Of a stretch of DNA of 64,000 bases, positions 41,634-54,823 are shown in pieces. The stretch covers positions 21,328,001 through 21,392,000 of the forward strand of contig JBHGNT010000003.1 of NCBI GenBank assembly GCA_043228905.1, written 5' to 3'. The number at the start of each line of letters is the position of its first letter. Position 1 is the stretch's first letter. The translations under genes were made by a program, and so were the position numbers. The notes under the pieces are model-generated. The model did no database searches. It saw only the letters and a list, made by a program, of their open reading frames with translations, and had not been told where the DNA came from. The DNA comes from Azolla caroliniana (lineage: Eukaryota > Plantae > Polypodiophyta).

Positions 41634-42027
41634 GTGTACATTTTCATCCACCAGCGTCTGCAACCTCTGTCTTCTCCTTTCCTTCTGCATTTTCTCTGAG
41701 CAATTATTCACCAAAATCTCCTCCCCTTTCTCCTCTTCCTCTCCGTTTTTTCTTAGTGTACACACACACACCATAGCCGACCTCTCTCCCTCTCTCAGTG
41801 CATTCTCGCACTAAGATTCACCATAATCGAGCGCGGAAGCCTCTCTGATTCCATTGTTCTTTCTCCTCTCTCTCTCTCTCATTCTCTCTGCATTTCCTGA
41901 GTATCTGCAATAGCCAACTCTCTCTCGGTTCTGATCTCCCCCCTCATCTGCTGCTGTTCTCTGTGTTCGAAGCATCTTTCTTCTTCTCCCACGGCCATCA
42001 CCATCACCATCACCATCACCAGCAGCC

Positions 42028-43533
42028 ATGGGGCGATGGCTGTCCCCAGTGAAAGCCAAGCAGCTGCAGAGGAACCTGCGGCAGCTCCGCGTCTCCATCT
42101 TCTGTTTCCTCCTCACCTTCCTGGTGCTCCGCAACACCATCGGGGCTGGGAAGTTCGGCACACCTGCACAGGACTTCGAGGAGCTCAGGCATCACTTCCA
42201 CTTCCACCATCGCCTCCCGCAAGACCATGCCTCCTCCATTCACAGGAAACAGCGCGCAGCTCGGGTCCTCACGGAGGCAACCGTTTCCTCTTCGTTTTCT
42301 TCCTCGCTACTGCTGCAAGACGAAGTGGGACAGGAAATGGCAGCTCGATCATCATCATCTTCCAAGAAATTGTACTCAGTACCAGATACATTCCTTCCTT
42401 CCCCAGCTGGAGCAGGAGAAAAGTTTACAGATTTGTCTTTTGCTCTTCCTCCTACACCCCTTTCTTCCTCTCTGATCAGGAAAACTTATGCAGTGTCAGA
42501 TCCTTCTCTGGCTTCATCGAGCCGTCCAGTTCTACTGAATCAACCTAAGTTTTCTGCACATCAAGCGACTACGCGAGCTATTATAGTATCTCGTGATGAA
42601 TCATTGCAGAGAATCAGTGAAAAGACTTCCTTTTCATCTTCCGAGCAGCTAATTCCTGGAGATAGTGATAATCTCCGTTTAAACGGTTGGAAGAGGTTAG
42701 GAATGCCTGGTTATACTCAACCGAAATCCTTTCGCGGTTCTGATACCGATGGTGGTTCCTTAACTCACAGCAGTTCTTCTAGTGAAGGGAGCAAATCCGT
42801 TCTCGTCGTTACTGGGTTTTGGCCTTCTCTGTCCAATTGCGCTCAGGTCTCCAACATTACTAAGCATTTCCACCTCCGATCTCTGAAAAATAAGCTGTCT
42901 TTCGCTAAGTTGCACCATAACTCTACAGAGATCCTTTATCACGTCGGACCAACGCGTCCTGGCGAGTCTAAGCTGAGTCTTCTTACCAAGCTTATGACTG
43001 AGAATACTCAGGCTGAATGGCTATGGTGGATGGACAGCGATGCTTTCCTCACAGATATTTCATTCGACCTCCCTTTACAGAACTATGCGGGCCGTAACCT
43101 CGTTTTCTATGGAAATGCAGGTTTCGACATGAAAACTAGCTATGGCGAAAATGCTGAGATTATGAGGACAGGAAACTTCTTGATCAGGAACTGTGAATGG
43201 TCTCTACATTTCTTGCAGAGATGGACTGAGATAAGCAACTTTGTATCAGCATTGTCAAAGCCAGGAACTAGATCTGATCGTTCAAGAGAAGAAGTAAATG
43301 ATGAAGAGTTAGCCGTAACGTTGATGCTTAACAGGGAGAGAATACTGTGGGAACCGAAGGTGTATTTGGATGATTCTTACTCTCTGCAAGGGCATGATTG
43401 GTTAGAACGGTTTGCTAATCTGGTAGAATTCCCAGCTGTTGTTAGTTTTGACCAAGGATGCAGCAGGCGCTGTGAAGCTATGGAAGCTTGCTTCATAGAA
43501 ATGGAGAGGATTCTTCGTTTGTCAGATCATTAA
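42028..43533 (+). CDS. Glycosyltransferase family 34, xyloglucan 6-xylosyltransferase (XXT)-like, divergent, intronless, 501 aa
   Basis: XXT1/2-type N-terminus QLQRNLRQLRVSIFCFLLTFLVLRNTIGAGKFGTPAQDFEELR (type II anchor). GT34 core VLVVTG...SLKNKL..AKLH...EWLWWMDSDAFLTD...TGNFLIRNCEWSL.FL..W...W..KVYL. Confidence 0.88.
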   Translation: MGRWLSPVKAKQLQRNLRQLRVSIFCFLLTFLVLRNTIGAGKFGTPAQDFEELRHHFHFHHRLPQDHASSIHRKQRAARVLTEATVSSSFSSSLLLQDEVGQEMAARSSSSSKKLYSVPDTFLPSPAGAGEKFTDLSFALPPTPLSSSLIRKTYAVSDPSLASSSRPVLLNQPKFSAHQATTRAIIVSRDESLQRISEKTSFSSSEQLIPGDSDNLRLNGWKRLGMPGYTQPKSFRGSDTDGGSLTHSSSSSEGSKSVLVVTGFWPSLSNCAQVSNITKHFHLRSLKNKLSFAKLHHNSTEILYHVGPTRPGESKLSLLTKLMTENTQAEWLWWMDSDAFLTDISFDLPLQNYAGRNLVFYGNAGFDMKTSYGENAEIMRTGNFLIRNCEWSLHFLQRWTEISNFVSALSKPGTRSDRSREEVNDEELAVTLMLNRERILWEPKVYLDDSYSLQGHDWLERFANLVEFPAVVSFDQGCSRRCEAMEACFIEMERILRLSDH

Positions 43534-46500
43534 TAAACCTACCTAGTCTGCATTTTGCGCTTAATCAAGATTCTTTGGGAATATTTGTGATTAAGGATGA
43601 TTCAAAACATAGTCATCAAGGATTTTTGCAAATCGTTCATGGTGAAGAAGCGTGTGTCCAAGCCATCGTGAATGGTATCTTGGAATCATCGGTATAAAGG
43701 TTTTCTTCAAATCATCATGAGAAGGTTTTCTGCCAATCTTCATGCGAAGGTTTAATCTGCAGGAATTCATAAGGTTTCTACAAATTTGTGGCTATTTGCA
43801 GCATGTCATGTCATTATATCAGTGAAGGTATGATAAATTTTTGAACCTCTGTTTCGTGAGCAGTGAAATGATTTCAGCTACGAGTGAAGCAGTAATGCAA
43901 TCAGCTCAATGAGAGTGGAAGGAGAATGAGATGAAGATGATGAAAGAGGCGAGGGTATTCCATTATTGTATGAGAGATCGATCAGCCGAATTCATTTTGT
44001 TGAGTTAGCTCATTTTTGTTGGTTCCTGCTTAAATCCTCAGCAGATTTTGTTCAAATACCTGAGATTATCATTAATCCGTGACTTGATCTCGTAGATTAT
44101 CGTTAATCTCTGCGTTAATCTGATGCAGGTCTTCCATTTAATCTCCCTGCATAAATCTTCTTCAATGGCAGATCTAACACATTAAAATCTGCGAGAATCA
44201 AAATGATATATGAGCGAGTGAGTAAATTAGGTTGAGATGTAGGTCTTCTATTTAATAAGAGAAAGCAAAAAGCGCTCCGGCATAAATGCTGTACTAAACG
44301 TTCTTCTGCTTTTCAAGCAGAAAAAAGAGAAAATGTGTGGGGGGCTTCTTCTTCTGTTTAAGGTCCAAAGTTCGAATCTGAGGATTGCCACATTACAAAC
44401 ATAAACATGAAGGTTTCAAACACACACACACACACAATATCATTATTTAGATGTTGAATAGAAGCCATTTCATGTTAATTGAATCGAAGCCATTTCATAT
44501 TATGGATACTGTTTTTCTCTCGATGCGTGGCAATGATGGGCCAATCAAATGCAATGAAGACTCCCACTCAGAAGCTCCATAAAAATTAATCGTAGTTTTG
44601 ATGGATGCCTCTTTGTTTGTTTTAAATCTTGCGCCCAATGGCACTAATTAATCGCCTAGTGGTTGCAAAATGCTCTCATATGTCAGTTGCTTAATGTGTG
44701 ATGTTAGTTTGTTAGTTAAAGGAGCTAATTAATTGAATTGAGTAGTTACGAATGCTTTTATATATTTTGCTTGATGTGTCATGTTTTTAATGAACATATT
44801 TGTAATTAAAAATGGGTTATGCATTGGAATCATTCCTCATTCTGCTTATCGATCATAATCCCACTTTTTGAACACGGGAGTGAGAATCATAGCTAATGAG
44901 TCGATTAGGCTTTTGATTCTACACATTATTGAAATATAGAGGTTTCCAACTAGGAATGGAACAAGCAAATCACCTTCTAGCTTGTGCTCAAGTTATGACT
45001 AAATATGTGTTAACTTGTGTTGTGATCATTCTGTTGTTTTCAAATGATATGTGCCCAATTGAAACATTTCTATCTCATAGTGATTGTTGGGAGCTTGAAG
45101 TTTGAATAAAAAATGGGAGGAGGGTTCTAACTTCTAAACCCCACATATTGCGATGATTTGGAATGTTAACGATCCAAAGGAAGCTTTGGAACTAGTGGTG
45201 CAAATGCCCTAACATTTGTGTATGTGGCACACAAACACACACATCTTCCCTTTGGTTGTGTTGTTTTTTCTCTCTTGTGTTTCACACGTATAGTTGCCTT
45301 TATTTAGGTTGTCTCAAGAATGTGCCCGTTTCCCATAGACTTATCCAAATGAAAACCATCTTTACATGCATCGAATTTTCCAAAGTTAACTCTCGGAAGT
45401 TACCTCCTATTACATGACTCATCATCCTTTGAGGCCCCTTATTGTATCGTAACTCAATATTCTGCATCAATGTCATTATACCTTCAAAAGAAGGAGATAT
45501 CTATATGTGAGTTCTACTTTCATAATAGTTCTTAAACTAGGTTTCTCAATTGCTCATCTGTTGCACAATCTTCTTCGTCTTCTGTGATTGTGGCTCCCTC
45601 ATCAACTAGTGTGTAGAGAAATTGACTTATGGGATCTATGGTTTGTGTTGGATTTAACGAATAATTGTCCTTTAATGAGAAAATAAAGGTGTCTGAAGTA
45701 GCCAAAGACGAGAACAAAAGTAGTGCTGTGAATGCAAGGCATGCACATATCCGTTGAAAAATATGTTTTTCAATTTCAATTCAATGTAAGAAATAGGATG
45801 AGTTAAAACCTTTAAATGCGTGGTTAGGTGGTTCGATAATGCCTTAATTTTTCTCTTTTGTGGTTGAGCCTTTTTCATGAATCCAAATTTATGGCAACTT
45901 TTCTTAGGGTTACAATGGCTTCTTATAGATTCCATTTTCAACTATACAATAAAATTGGCCAAAGATAGTTCACAATCTTGAAGATTGCCTATTTACATCC
46001 CATGGTTGAAGAGTGCTATTGGATATGTTAAGTTTGAGAAGAAACAATTAAATTGTCCTTATTTGCAACCTCTTATGAGCCTTCACCCTTTTCCTTTGGT
46101 AAATAAAAGCCCTTCATGGTAAATATATGGTCCAAAAAATTGTCATTGTTGGGTTAAAATTTCTAGGATTTAGATGTTTATGCATTACGAGTCCAACAAA
46201 AGCCAAACGGTAACATGTTATTTAAATGAAAAAGAGAACCTTTACCCACTTGATCTACTTTTGGCCAAACATATAAAATATATTGGACTGCACTTGGATT
46301 AAATTTAACATGTAACAAAAAAGATATTTGTCCCAATACAAATTTTGCATTTTGGGCATTACATGGAGGAAGATACAGGTCCTCAATTTTTGTCGAGAAT
46401 TCCTTGCTATGTAAGAGACATCACCTTATTTGATTGGTTATGTTTGGGAGAAAGGACAAAAGAGATGTATAATTTAAAAGAGGCATACAAGACCCAAACT

Positions 46501-46869
46501 TATACCTATGTGTATGAATCACTATGATGAGGGAATGTACCTTTGCACGTGGATAGTTTATACTTCTTCTTATGTTGCATAATCTAACACATCAAAGTAG
46601 ACTATATGCATAATCTAACAATTTGTGGGAATATGAAGGACTTGCTTATTGTGGTATTAGGGTGGGTATGGTTTGGAGGTTTATCTTTTGACTGGTTAAA
46701 TGTTTTAGGTCAACTTCTTCGTTTCTCTAGGACAGGATCATATGCATTTTGCAAGCTTAAAGGAAAGTGAATAATATATAAAGGTACTAGCTGATGATAG
46801 AAGTGAGGAATGGAAATTTTGGAGGGAAAGGGAAATACACAACCATGGATGTATGCATATTCTAGAAGC

Positions 46870-46872
<3 letters not shown>

Positions 46873-46919
<47 letters not shown>

Positions 46920-46926
46920 AAAAAAA
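46873..46926. repeat. (AC)n microsatellite followed by an A tract
   Basis: Directly visible. Confidence 0.95.
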
Positions 46927-48329
46927 GAGAGCCAAAGATGCATAAGTAATCGTTTTCAAAAAATTGCTTTGTTTGTGGCCAAATTTCTCTCTGAGATAGT
47001 GATTTTAACATCACTTATCTTTGGTCCTTTTTCTCTAATGGTCTTTAATTGTTGAGATGACATATTTGTATATTGCCTCTGGCCACTTTAATTTTAATAC
47101 CAATGGAGGATATTTTTTATAGGAAAAAAATGTAGACTATATGATGAGGTTTCAAAACATAAGTAAACAAACACAATAATCTAGTGAGGGTTAGTCATTA
47201 TCTTTAGAGATTGCATTTATCGTTCTTCCTTATAGAGTCTTGAGGTGTTGGATTCTTCTCTATTTTTTCATGTTCATCCAAAGAATATGTGTAGTTTGCG
47301 TATTCTCCCCCAAAGTTATTTTTAGTGGCAATATTGTGGGAGACATGTTGGAAGGTTATTCATCACAATCTCTAAACTTACTCTCTTGATGCAAGGTTCC
47401 CAAGATTGGTCTAACCAAGCTAAACGACCTGCTTAACTTCATGCCACCAATAAATTATATTTCACACCACAAAAATTGAGTTTTAACACAACTCATGGTA
47501 ATTTGGGTTCATTGTTAAGTGCATAACCATAATAGATCATCATACAGGTTTTCAATAGTTTTCCCTAATTTTATGATGTGTATGTATGAGTTAATTTGGA
47601 AACGAACAATGGGTTATGAATCTAATTACAATTCTATGGTGTGAGATAACTATTAAGTGAGTTGTCACTTGACCACTTTATATGAAGTAGTCAATTGTGA
47701 ACACATTAGGGTCTAGAATTTGTACCTATATAAGAGGGCTAACTACCTTCTTATGATGGAGAGGCTTGGCCAATGTTGAGACTACGTTAGTATGGGTATG
47801 GCTCTTGTTAGCTAATCACATGTGATATGTGTGGAACCCAAGGTGCGATTTGCATCAACCCTTAATGGTATGAAACATCGAGGAGAGGAGTTTTTAGTCC
47901 ATCTCACGTTGTTGTGAAGGGGAGATTAGGTGGTGTGGCACCCCTCTTTAATTTCTTTGGTTCATAATTCCTTATGTTTTGCTTAAATAAATAGTTAGAC
48001 TCTAATTACTTATGGTAACATTCACCTTGGATAATGTTTAGCCCGAGTATTGTTGCAACCACATTCGAGTTAAACTTGATGACCACGTTATATTCTAGAT
48101 CGATAACAAATTATTTGTGAACTTTGCTGCTCCGTATACATCATCTTGTGTAATTCACAATATCTTACCGAGAAGTTTGGACATATCCTACACTATACCA
48201 TGCATTTCCTTCTACATGTGTAAGCCAACATGTATGATTCAAGTCCTAAGTATGAAATTGTGTACCTTGACCATCATAAGAAATTGACAAAAGGACTCGA
48301 ACTAAATTCCACCATATCATTCCATACTT

Positions 48330-49610
48330 GGTAGAACTTCAAGAATGATATAATTTTTTTCATATCTTGGACATGATCTAAAACAAGTTCATGCATGCAT
48401 GCCACTTAGCCAACACATGCAACCCCCTAAACAATGAAGTGTTGTGTGGAATGGAGAATGCACACATACAATCCATAGAGTACACAATGGAGAAGAAACA
48501 CTTTTACATAGGAATAAGAAGAGCATTAAAGTACAATTACAACAAAGAGATGATACAACAAGAGTTTGATCTCATTTGCACGGAATGGTAAGAGTTGAGC
48601 AACCAACATTTCAAAGAGAAAGGCCGATTAGGCTGATCGCAAAAAATGGCAAGAATATGATTATTGACCCTAAGCCAAGGGAGATCACACTGTCGACAAT
48701 GTGTTGGTCTATAGAAGAGCATTTGGATCAGCTATCATGGGACCCAACGATGTATTTTTGGAGAACTCAAGGACAAGCTGATGGGGAAAAGTTGGTTCAA
48801 TTTTTCAGGTATAACACGAAGATTGGGAGGCAAATTATTCTAGAACAAGAACACGACAAGATTGCGACAAAGAAATTTTGGATACAGGAGGGCATTAGTG
48901 AAATGAGACGAGATCAATTCTGGAAAATGATATGACATGACAAATATGACCGCAATATAATGATGTGCTTATGGCTTATTGCACATAGAGCCTTGCCGGT
49001 AGGGACGTGGGGTAAAGGCCCCAATGTAGACCCTAGAGGCATTGCATGTGGACAGATAGAAAGCATTTCCCATTGTCTATGGGAATGTCGCGAGGTAGTG
49101 GCTGTATGGGGAAGGGCACTACGTTTGCTTTGCCATGCCTTTAGTTCGTTCACCCTCAACTGGGGACATGCTTGCTGGATTTGTCTTGAGGATGATGTGG
49201 CGAAATACGATAGCACATGCGATGCTCAGTACAGAGGGGAGAATGGCATTGTTCAGCTGATCATTGACAACAAGGTACCTACAACTTGTGCACATAATCA
49301 AAAACTTGGAGATCTTTGGACGTTGCTTGCCCCCAGTACTATATGGTGTATATGGACAACAAGGTGTGCCAAGGTATTTTCAGCACACAAACACCCTCCA
49401 GCTGAATCGATTAAGCTAATCTGGCACACATTAATAACTACACTAAGATCTCAATATGAGCGGATTGATGGTACTGATGATGCTGCAGAACTAATGAGGC
49501 TATATTTTTGAAAGCGATGGTGTACTACATCGATGGCCGCAACAAATGGAATGGATATACCATGGAAGTATGAAGTACCCAGATGGTTGTTCCCCCCTCC
49601 CATTAGTTGA
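48330..49610 (+). mobile_element. 5'-truncated L1-like LINE, 3' part of ORF2 (zf-RVT region)
   Basis: CLWLIAHRALPVG...ACGQIESISHCLWEC..V..VW and TIWCIWTTRC..VF are typical of the plant LINE zinc-binding C-terminus. In-frame stops are present. Confidence 0.8.
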
Positions 49611-50537
49611 ACTAGGGGCGTGAAAGACATGACATGTGGGATAGTGAATGTAGGTGAAGTGTATGAAAGGATGACTAGAGACATATGAAAGTGTAAGATA
49701 AATAAGCGAGATCTCTTATGCAGGATAGGATAGTCTTGGCACGGCCTACCCGAGAAAGGGATCGAGTTTGTGTATATTTTAACTAATGGAGAGTATTCTT
49801 TTTTGGAAAAAGAGTTTGATCTCATTTGCTCTTTGAATCCTATATGAGTAGAGAGATAAAATTGAGTTGTAAAATGGAGAAAGAATTATCCTTATATCCC
49901 TTGAGCATAGGGTGTCTAAAATTGGTGAGGTTCTTAACCCTAATGGTTGACCCATCTATTGCATTAAATGCACCCATGTTCTTGTTAACCATGGTTAAGC
50001 GGGTAACCAACAATTGCTCAAACTAAAATCACATATCAAGTGTGACACTTTACCCATATAAACTTTATCATTTGATTTGATTAAGGATTTTTTTTTCCAA
50101 AAAAAAACTCCTTCCATTAGTTATAAAATTTTACAAATGAGTGTGTTATATATACAAATCCTTGTAGGGACGCGATAGTTCCATCTTATGTAGATGCCCA
50201 CTGACTCAAGAAAGGGAGAGGATGACCATTGTTGGATGAGGGCTAGTCGTTGTCTTTCAACTCCATTAGAGCCGCCCTTGAGGCCATTGTATTGGCTCTT
50301 TCGAGTGGCTACAACGTCACCCCATTCCAGTTCGAGGGTCTTCATGAATGAGCAGTCACACAATTTTCTTTTGAATGAAAATCATCTAACACAACTTTTC
50401 ATTTGAATAATTTCTTGTACAAGGATCAATGTTTTCTCATCGTTTGTTTAAGGTAGAGGGCACCATCCACTAGACACTTACTCACCTTCTATGAGGAATC
50501 CATTATTCCATACTTTACAAGCCCTTTGTGCTTGCTT

Positions 50538-51179
50538 TAGGCCATGAGCCCGGTTCGGTTTCTTGGCCTTGAAACTAAACCAAACCATTTATTCATAATA
50601 AAAATCGAACCAAACTATTTAAAAATTATGAAGCCATTTAAATTGAACCGTTTAGAGCTGAACCATTTAAAAATAAGAGAAACCAAACCTTTTACGGAAA
50701 ATTTAGAACCAAACCATTTTTGATATATATTGATCATCATACTTATTATAAATTTGTGTGAGAAAATCATCATAAATTTGTTCATCATACTTACCATAAA
50801 TTTTGTCCTCATACTTATTATAAAGTTAGTCATTATACTTATTATAAATTTGAACATCATAAATGAAAAGGAAACTCAACATTTAATGCACATAAAATTT
50901 AATAAGTGAAAACTAGGGTTTTAAATTAAAAGTTAAAAGTTAGAGCCTATATAGAAAATTTAGGAGTATTTTTTAATATATAAACTTTTAAACCGAACAA
51001 CATAAACCGAAATCGATAAGCCGTGAAACCATAAAATTCAAAACCGAACCGAATCGAAACCAAACCAAATAGTAACATTTGAAACTAACCAAATTATTTA
51101 CTTATCTTCAAACCAATAAACCGTTAAGCCACGACTTAACGGTTTGGTTTGATTTGAGCCGAAATCAGGCCCATTACTG
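50538..51179. mobile_element. Second copy of the 22745-23654 hAT MITE family
   Basis: Collinear with the first copy: same 24-bp array, ttaaaagttaaaagttagag, and end ggcccattactg. Internal deletion, left TIR decayed, no clear TSD. Confidence 0.85.
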
Positions 51180-52661
51180 GATATGTTAGCAAAAAATACC
51201 TTTGGGTTCAAAATAAGCATTAAGAAATCTACACTTTACATCCATCCAAATAGTTTTGAGCTTTGAAATTTGAGTAAATGATTTCGCAAAATCTAGTAAC
51301 TTCTTTTGCAAATACCCATTTGATACTAGTCTTCTCTTCTATTTATCCTCGAGTCTTTCAGACCAACTTCATCACAATGATATTCTGCTTTAATCTATCT
51401 GCTTCATCACAAAGTCTAAACATCCACACTTGTTCCCAACTTGGACTCAACCTTTTGCCATCATAATCCTTTATTTCCTCATACACAAAACTCAAATCCT
51501 TATAAACTTTAACGATATCTACGGTGATCATGAGGTTGATATTTTAATAAATCTCATGGTTTTCTCGTGCACCTCCTCCATTGTCCTTGAGATCCATGGG
51601 CTTGAACTTCTTATCTTCAATATTTGAACTTGGTCCAAGGTCTGGAAATTAATTCACCTACTTAGGAACTAGTGTTCCCTTTTGAGCCAAATTGAGTTGC
51701 TTACAACTCATTGGATTCATCATCCTCATCAACATTCGTGGATGCCAACTTTGGCACCTAATGTACCTTCTACGATTTGTGCTACATCTTCATAGAATAT
51801 ACATTGAACCACTCAAGAATGGTTTGATTTTGATGTTCAACTACTTTATTTGCGTATACATACTTAAATTCTCCTTGCCCAATTCCTTCTCCACATTTGA
51901 TACCAGTTTAAAAAGCTATGAAGTGCCTCAACATTCTCTTTGAAGAAATGAGTCCACACCATCCTACCATTATACTAACATATAATCAACGGGAAGTACG
52001 ATGACTTGTTTGTCTTTACAAAGAGGTCGATAGAGATAGAATTTGAAGAAGCGTAAAGCCTCTTAACCTCTTATAAAATGAATTTATGATGTTGGCTTGT
52101 GATATACTCGCTTACTCTATGATCTAGATGCCATGTGACTTTCGGTGCATTTGCATTTGAGCAAATGCTCCAGGGTGTATCAAAGGAAAGCAAGGAAAAG
52201 AGAAAGAGAAACACAATATGATATTTTCTGTTAACGAAAGAGGGAGCCACAAAGCTAGAAAATATTAGACTTTCTATACAATTTTTACATATAGTTTGAA
52301 CTATTCAAAAACTACATGTTATAGATTCTCAAGTACCTACGTATTTGTGAGACTCCAACTTCATTAGATGAACCATCAAAATACTAACACTTACATGCTT
52401 GCGGGACAACGTCTTTGAAGCATTTGATCCATGCACAACTCCTTAGAAACATAATCATTATAGTCATTGTTTATTATAAGATTTATACATATCTATATTA
52501 GCCTTGCTCGTAATTGTAACTCGACTACATACCTGTTGGCAAGGGCAAGTCCCATGGCTACATACCTGTTGGCATGATTAGGATATCAATAATGGTTTTA
52601 TGGTGGCATCTTTGTCGTTGGGCATAATTACTTCGAGGTGAAACTTCACTCTATTATTGTA

Positions 52662-53215
52662 GGTGGCAATGGGCCTGGTTTGGTTTCTTTGCCTTGAAAC
52701 TAAACCGAACTGAACCAAACCATTTATGAACTTTCAAGACATTAAACCAAACTATTTAAGAAAAAGTAAACCAAACTATTTCAACCAAAACCGTTTAGGG
52801 AAAAGTTGAAACCAAACCGATTAATAAAAACTTTAAACCTAACCACGTTTAAGCCAAACTGATTAAAAAATTAAAATAAATAGAAATACACTAAATTAAA
52901 TAAGCATTTATGTACAAATTAATAATTAAATAAATAAGCATTAATTAAGCCATTAGATTAAATAAATATTCAAGTTAAGTGAATTAAATTAATAAAAAAT
53001 TACATAAACATTTAAGGGATAAAAAAAGTTAGCCCAAAAACCTATAAACCTTTTAACCAAACCATTTAAACATATAAACCAATAAACCCCAGTTTTAGAA
53101 CCAAACCAAACTAAAACCGAACCGTTTATTAATATTTAAAACCAAACCAAACTTTTTAATTATTTGGAACTTATAAACCTTTAAACCATGGCTTAACCGT
53201 TCGGTTCGGTTTGAT
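52662..53215. mobile_element. Related hAT MITE (third, more diverged)
   Basis: Starts ggcaatgggcctggtttggtttctttgccttgaaactaaaccg like the other copies. AT-rich core and AAACC subterminal repeats. Confidence 0.65.
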
Positions 53216-54659
53216 AATTGTGTTCTTGGCAATTGCTTGTGGTAGACAAATCTCCTACTAAAGAGAGGTACAAAAATGCGACATATTTCGGTATAAAATT
53301 AGTTTGAGATTCACTTGTTCATGATAGTGCAGTGAAGTTATAACACGCGTGTGTGGAATGTGAGTGCAACCAAAGGAGACTTGAAACAAGAACTTGAGTC
53401 ACAAAAGTTTAGTTTTTTCACTTGAATGCACAAGATGCTTGTAGTTCCCCTTTTCTTGGAAATATAGAACGCTCAAGAGGTGTTAATTGTTGTATTTATT
53501 TATGCATACATTCACATAATGATGTCTATGTGCCAATATGTATGTAGGGGAATATTTGTTGGAATGTTGGTGCTTATGTATGTACATATGAGTATGTATA
53601 TAGTGTGTGTGTGTGTGTGTGTATGCGTACATGTTGTAAGGGTATGAATAAATGTAAATGCATGTGGATGTGCTTGTAAATGTATATGTATTTATGTAAA
53701 GGTATGACAATGTGTTCAAGTGTATATGTGAATACGAATGTGTGACTGTGTGTGCACACGCCCACTTTTGGGTATGCTATTTCATGGGAATCACGAATAT
53801 GAAAAAGGGTGGGTCACTTGGGAACCTTGCACTCGAGCTCAGCTAGTGAGGGCATGGCGTGGAGCATTCAAGTTTTCAACCTTCGAGTGTTCTCAACAAT
53901 ATATACATATACATGTGAACAAACTTTACCCATACATATACATAATCAAATAGAATTATGTAAATAAATATTACACTAAAACATTTTACCTTTTCACATA
54001 TAAACAATCACAAACACTTTGGATATGTATTCACATATGCTTAGAAATTCTCTCTCACACACATATATTCTCACACATTCATACACATGCCCATCCGTAT
54101 ACAATCAATTACACATACTCGTACAAATATATGTATATATGTGAATACATAAAGCATACATACATACATACATATACATATAAACATACACATACTCATA
54201 TACCTCACATATGTATGCAAATGCCCGTTTACACAATTCAACACACATGCATATACATGTAAACAAGCTGTATATGCATGTACTTAAGTAATCTTGGAAT
54301 TCTTGAGATAAAAGATATAGATTCAGTTCTTTTAAGATTAGAAAAATGGAAATTGAAGGGCTGAGATGTTGAAATTCTAAGATCAGAAAAAGAGATGAAA
54401 GTTGAATACCAGAGCTGGGGAAGCTTAAGATTAAAAGACATTAGAGAAATTGAAGAGCACAGATGTGCAAGCTTGAAGATCAGCAAAGATAGAATCATTG
54501 AAGATCAGAGCTATGGAAGTTAAAAAGTATAAGAAAGGAGGGAGTTTAAGGTTAGAAAGAAAGATGCAAGCTTTCTGATTAGAAAAACAGATGGAAATTT
54601 AAGTTTAGAGCAGGTTCCCTAACTTTTTAAAGTTTTTATATGTCTAAGACTCTTAACCT

Positions 54660-54823
54660 AAGTATTAAAAAACATAAACGGCTTAACCGGTTTGGCAAGG
54701 CTAAAGTCTAAGCCAAGCCGAGCCGAGCTCAAACCGTTTATGCAAGCTCAAGTCTAAGCTGAGCTGAGCCGCTAAGCCGTTAAAAACTGGTTTAGTCTTG
54801 AGTCGAGCCATTGCCGATCCCTA
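54660..54823 (-). mobile_element. hAT MITE end
   Basis: Ends gagccattgccgatcccta (rc TAGGGATCGGCAATGG, an Ac-like TAGGGAT terminus). Homologous to 5180-5350. Confidence 0.6.

Noticed and set aside
40630-41774. Several 65-150 aa minus-strand ORFs (YLFI, ERER repeats)
   Set aside because: Translations of (TAAA)n and (CT)n microsatellites.
43700-44250. Possible miRNA hairpin downstream of the GT34 gene
   Set aside because: No match to conserved plant miRNAs that I recognise and no convincing long stem. Probably 3'UTR.
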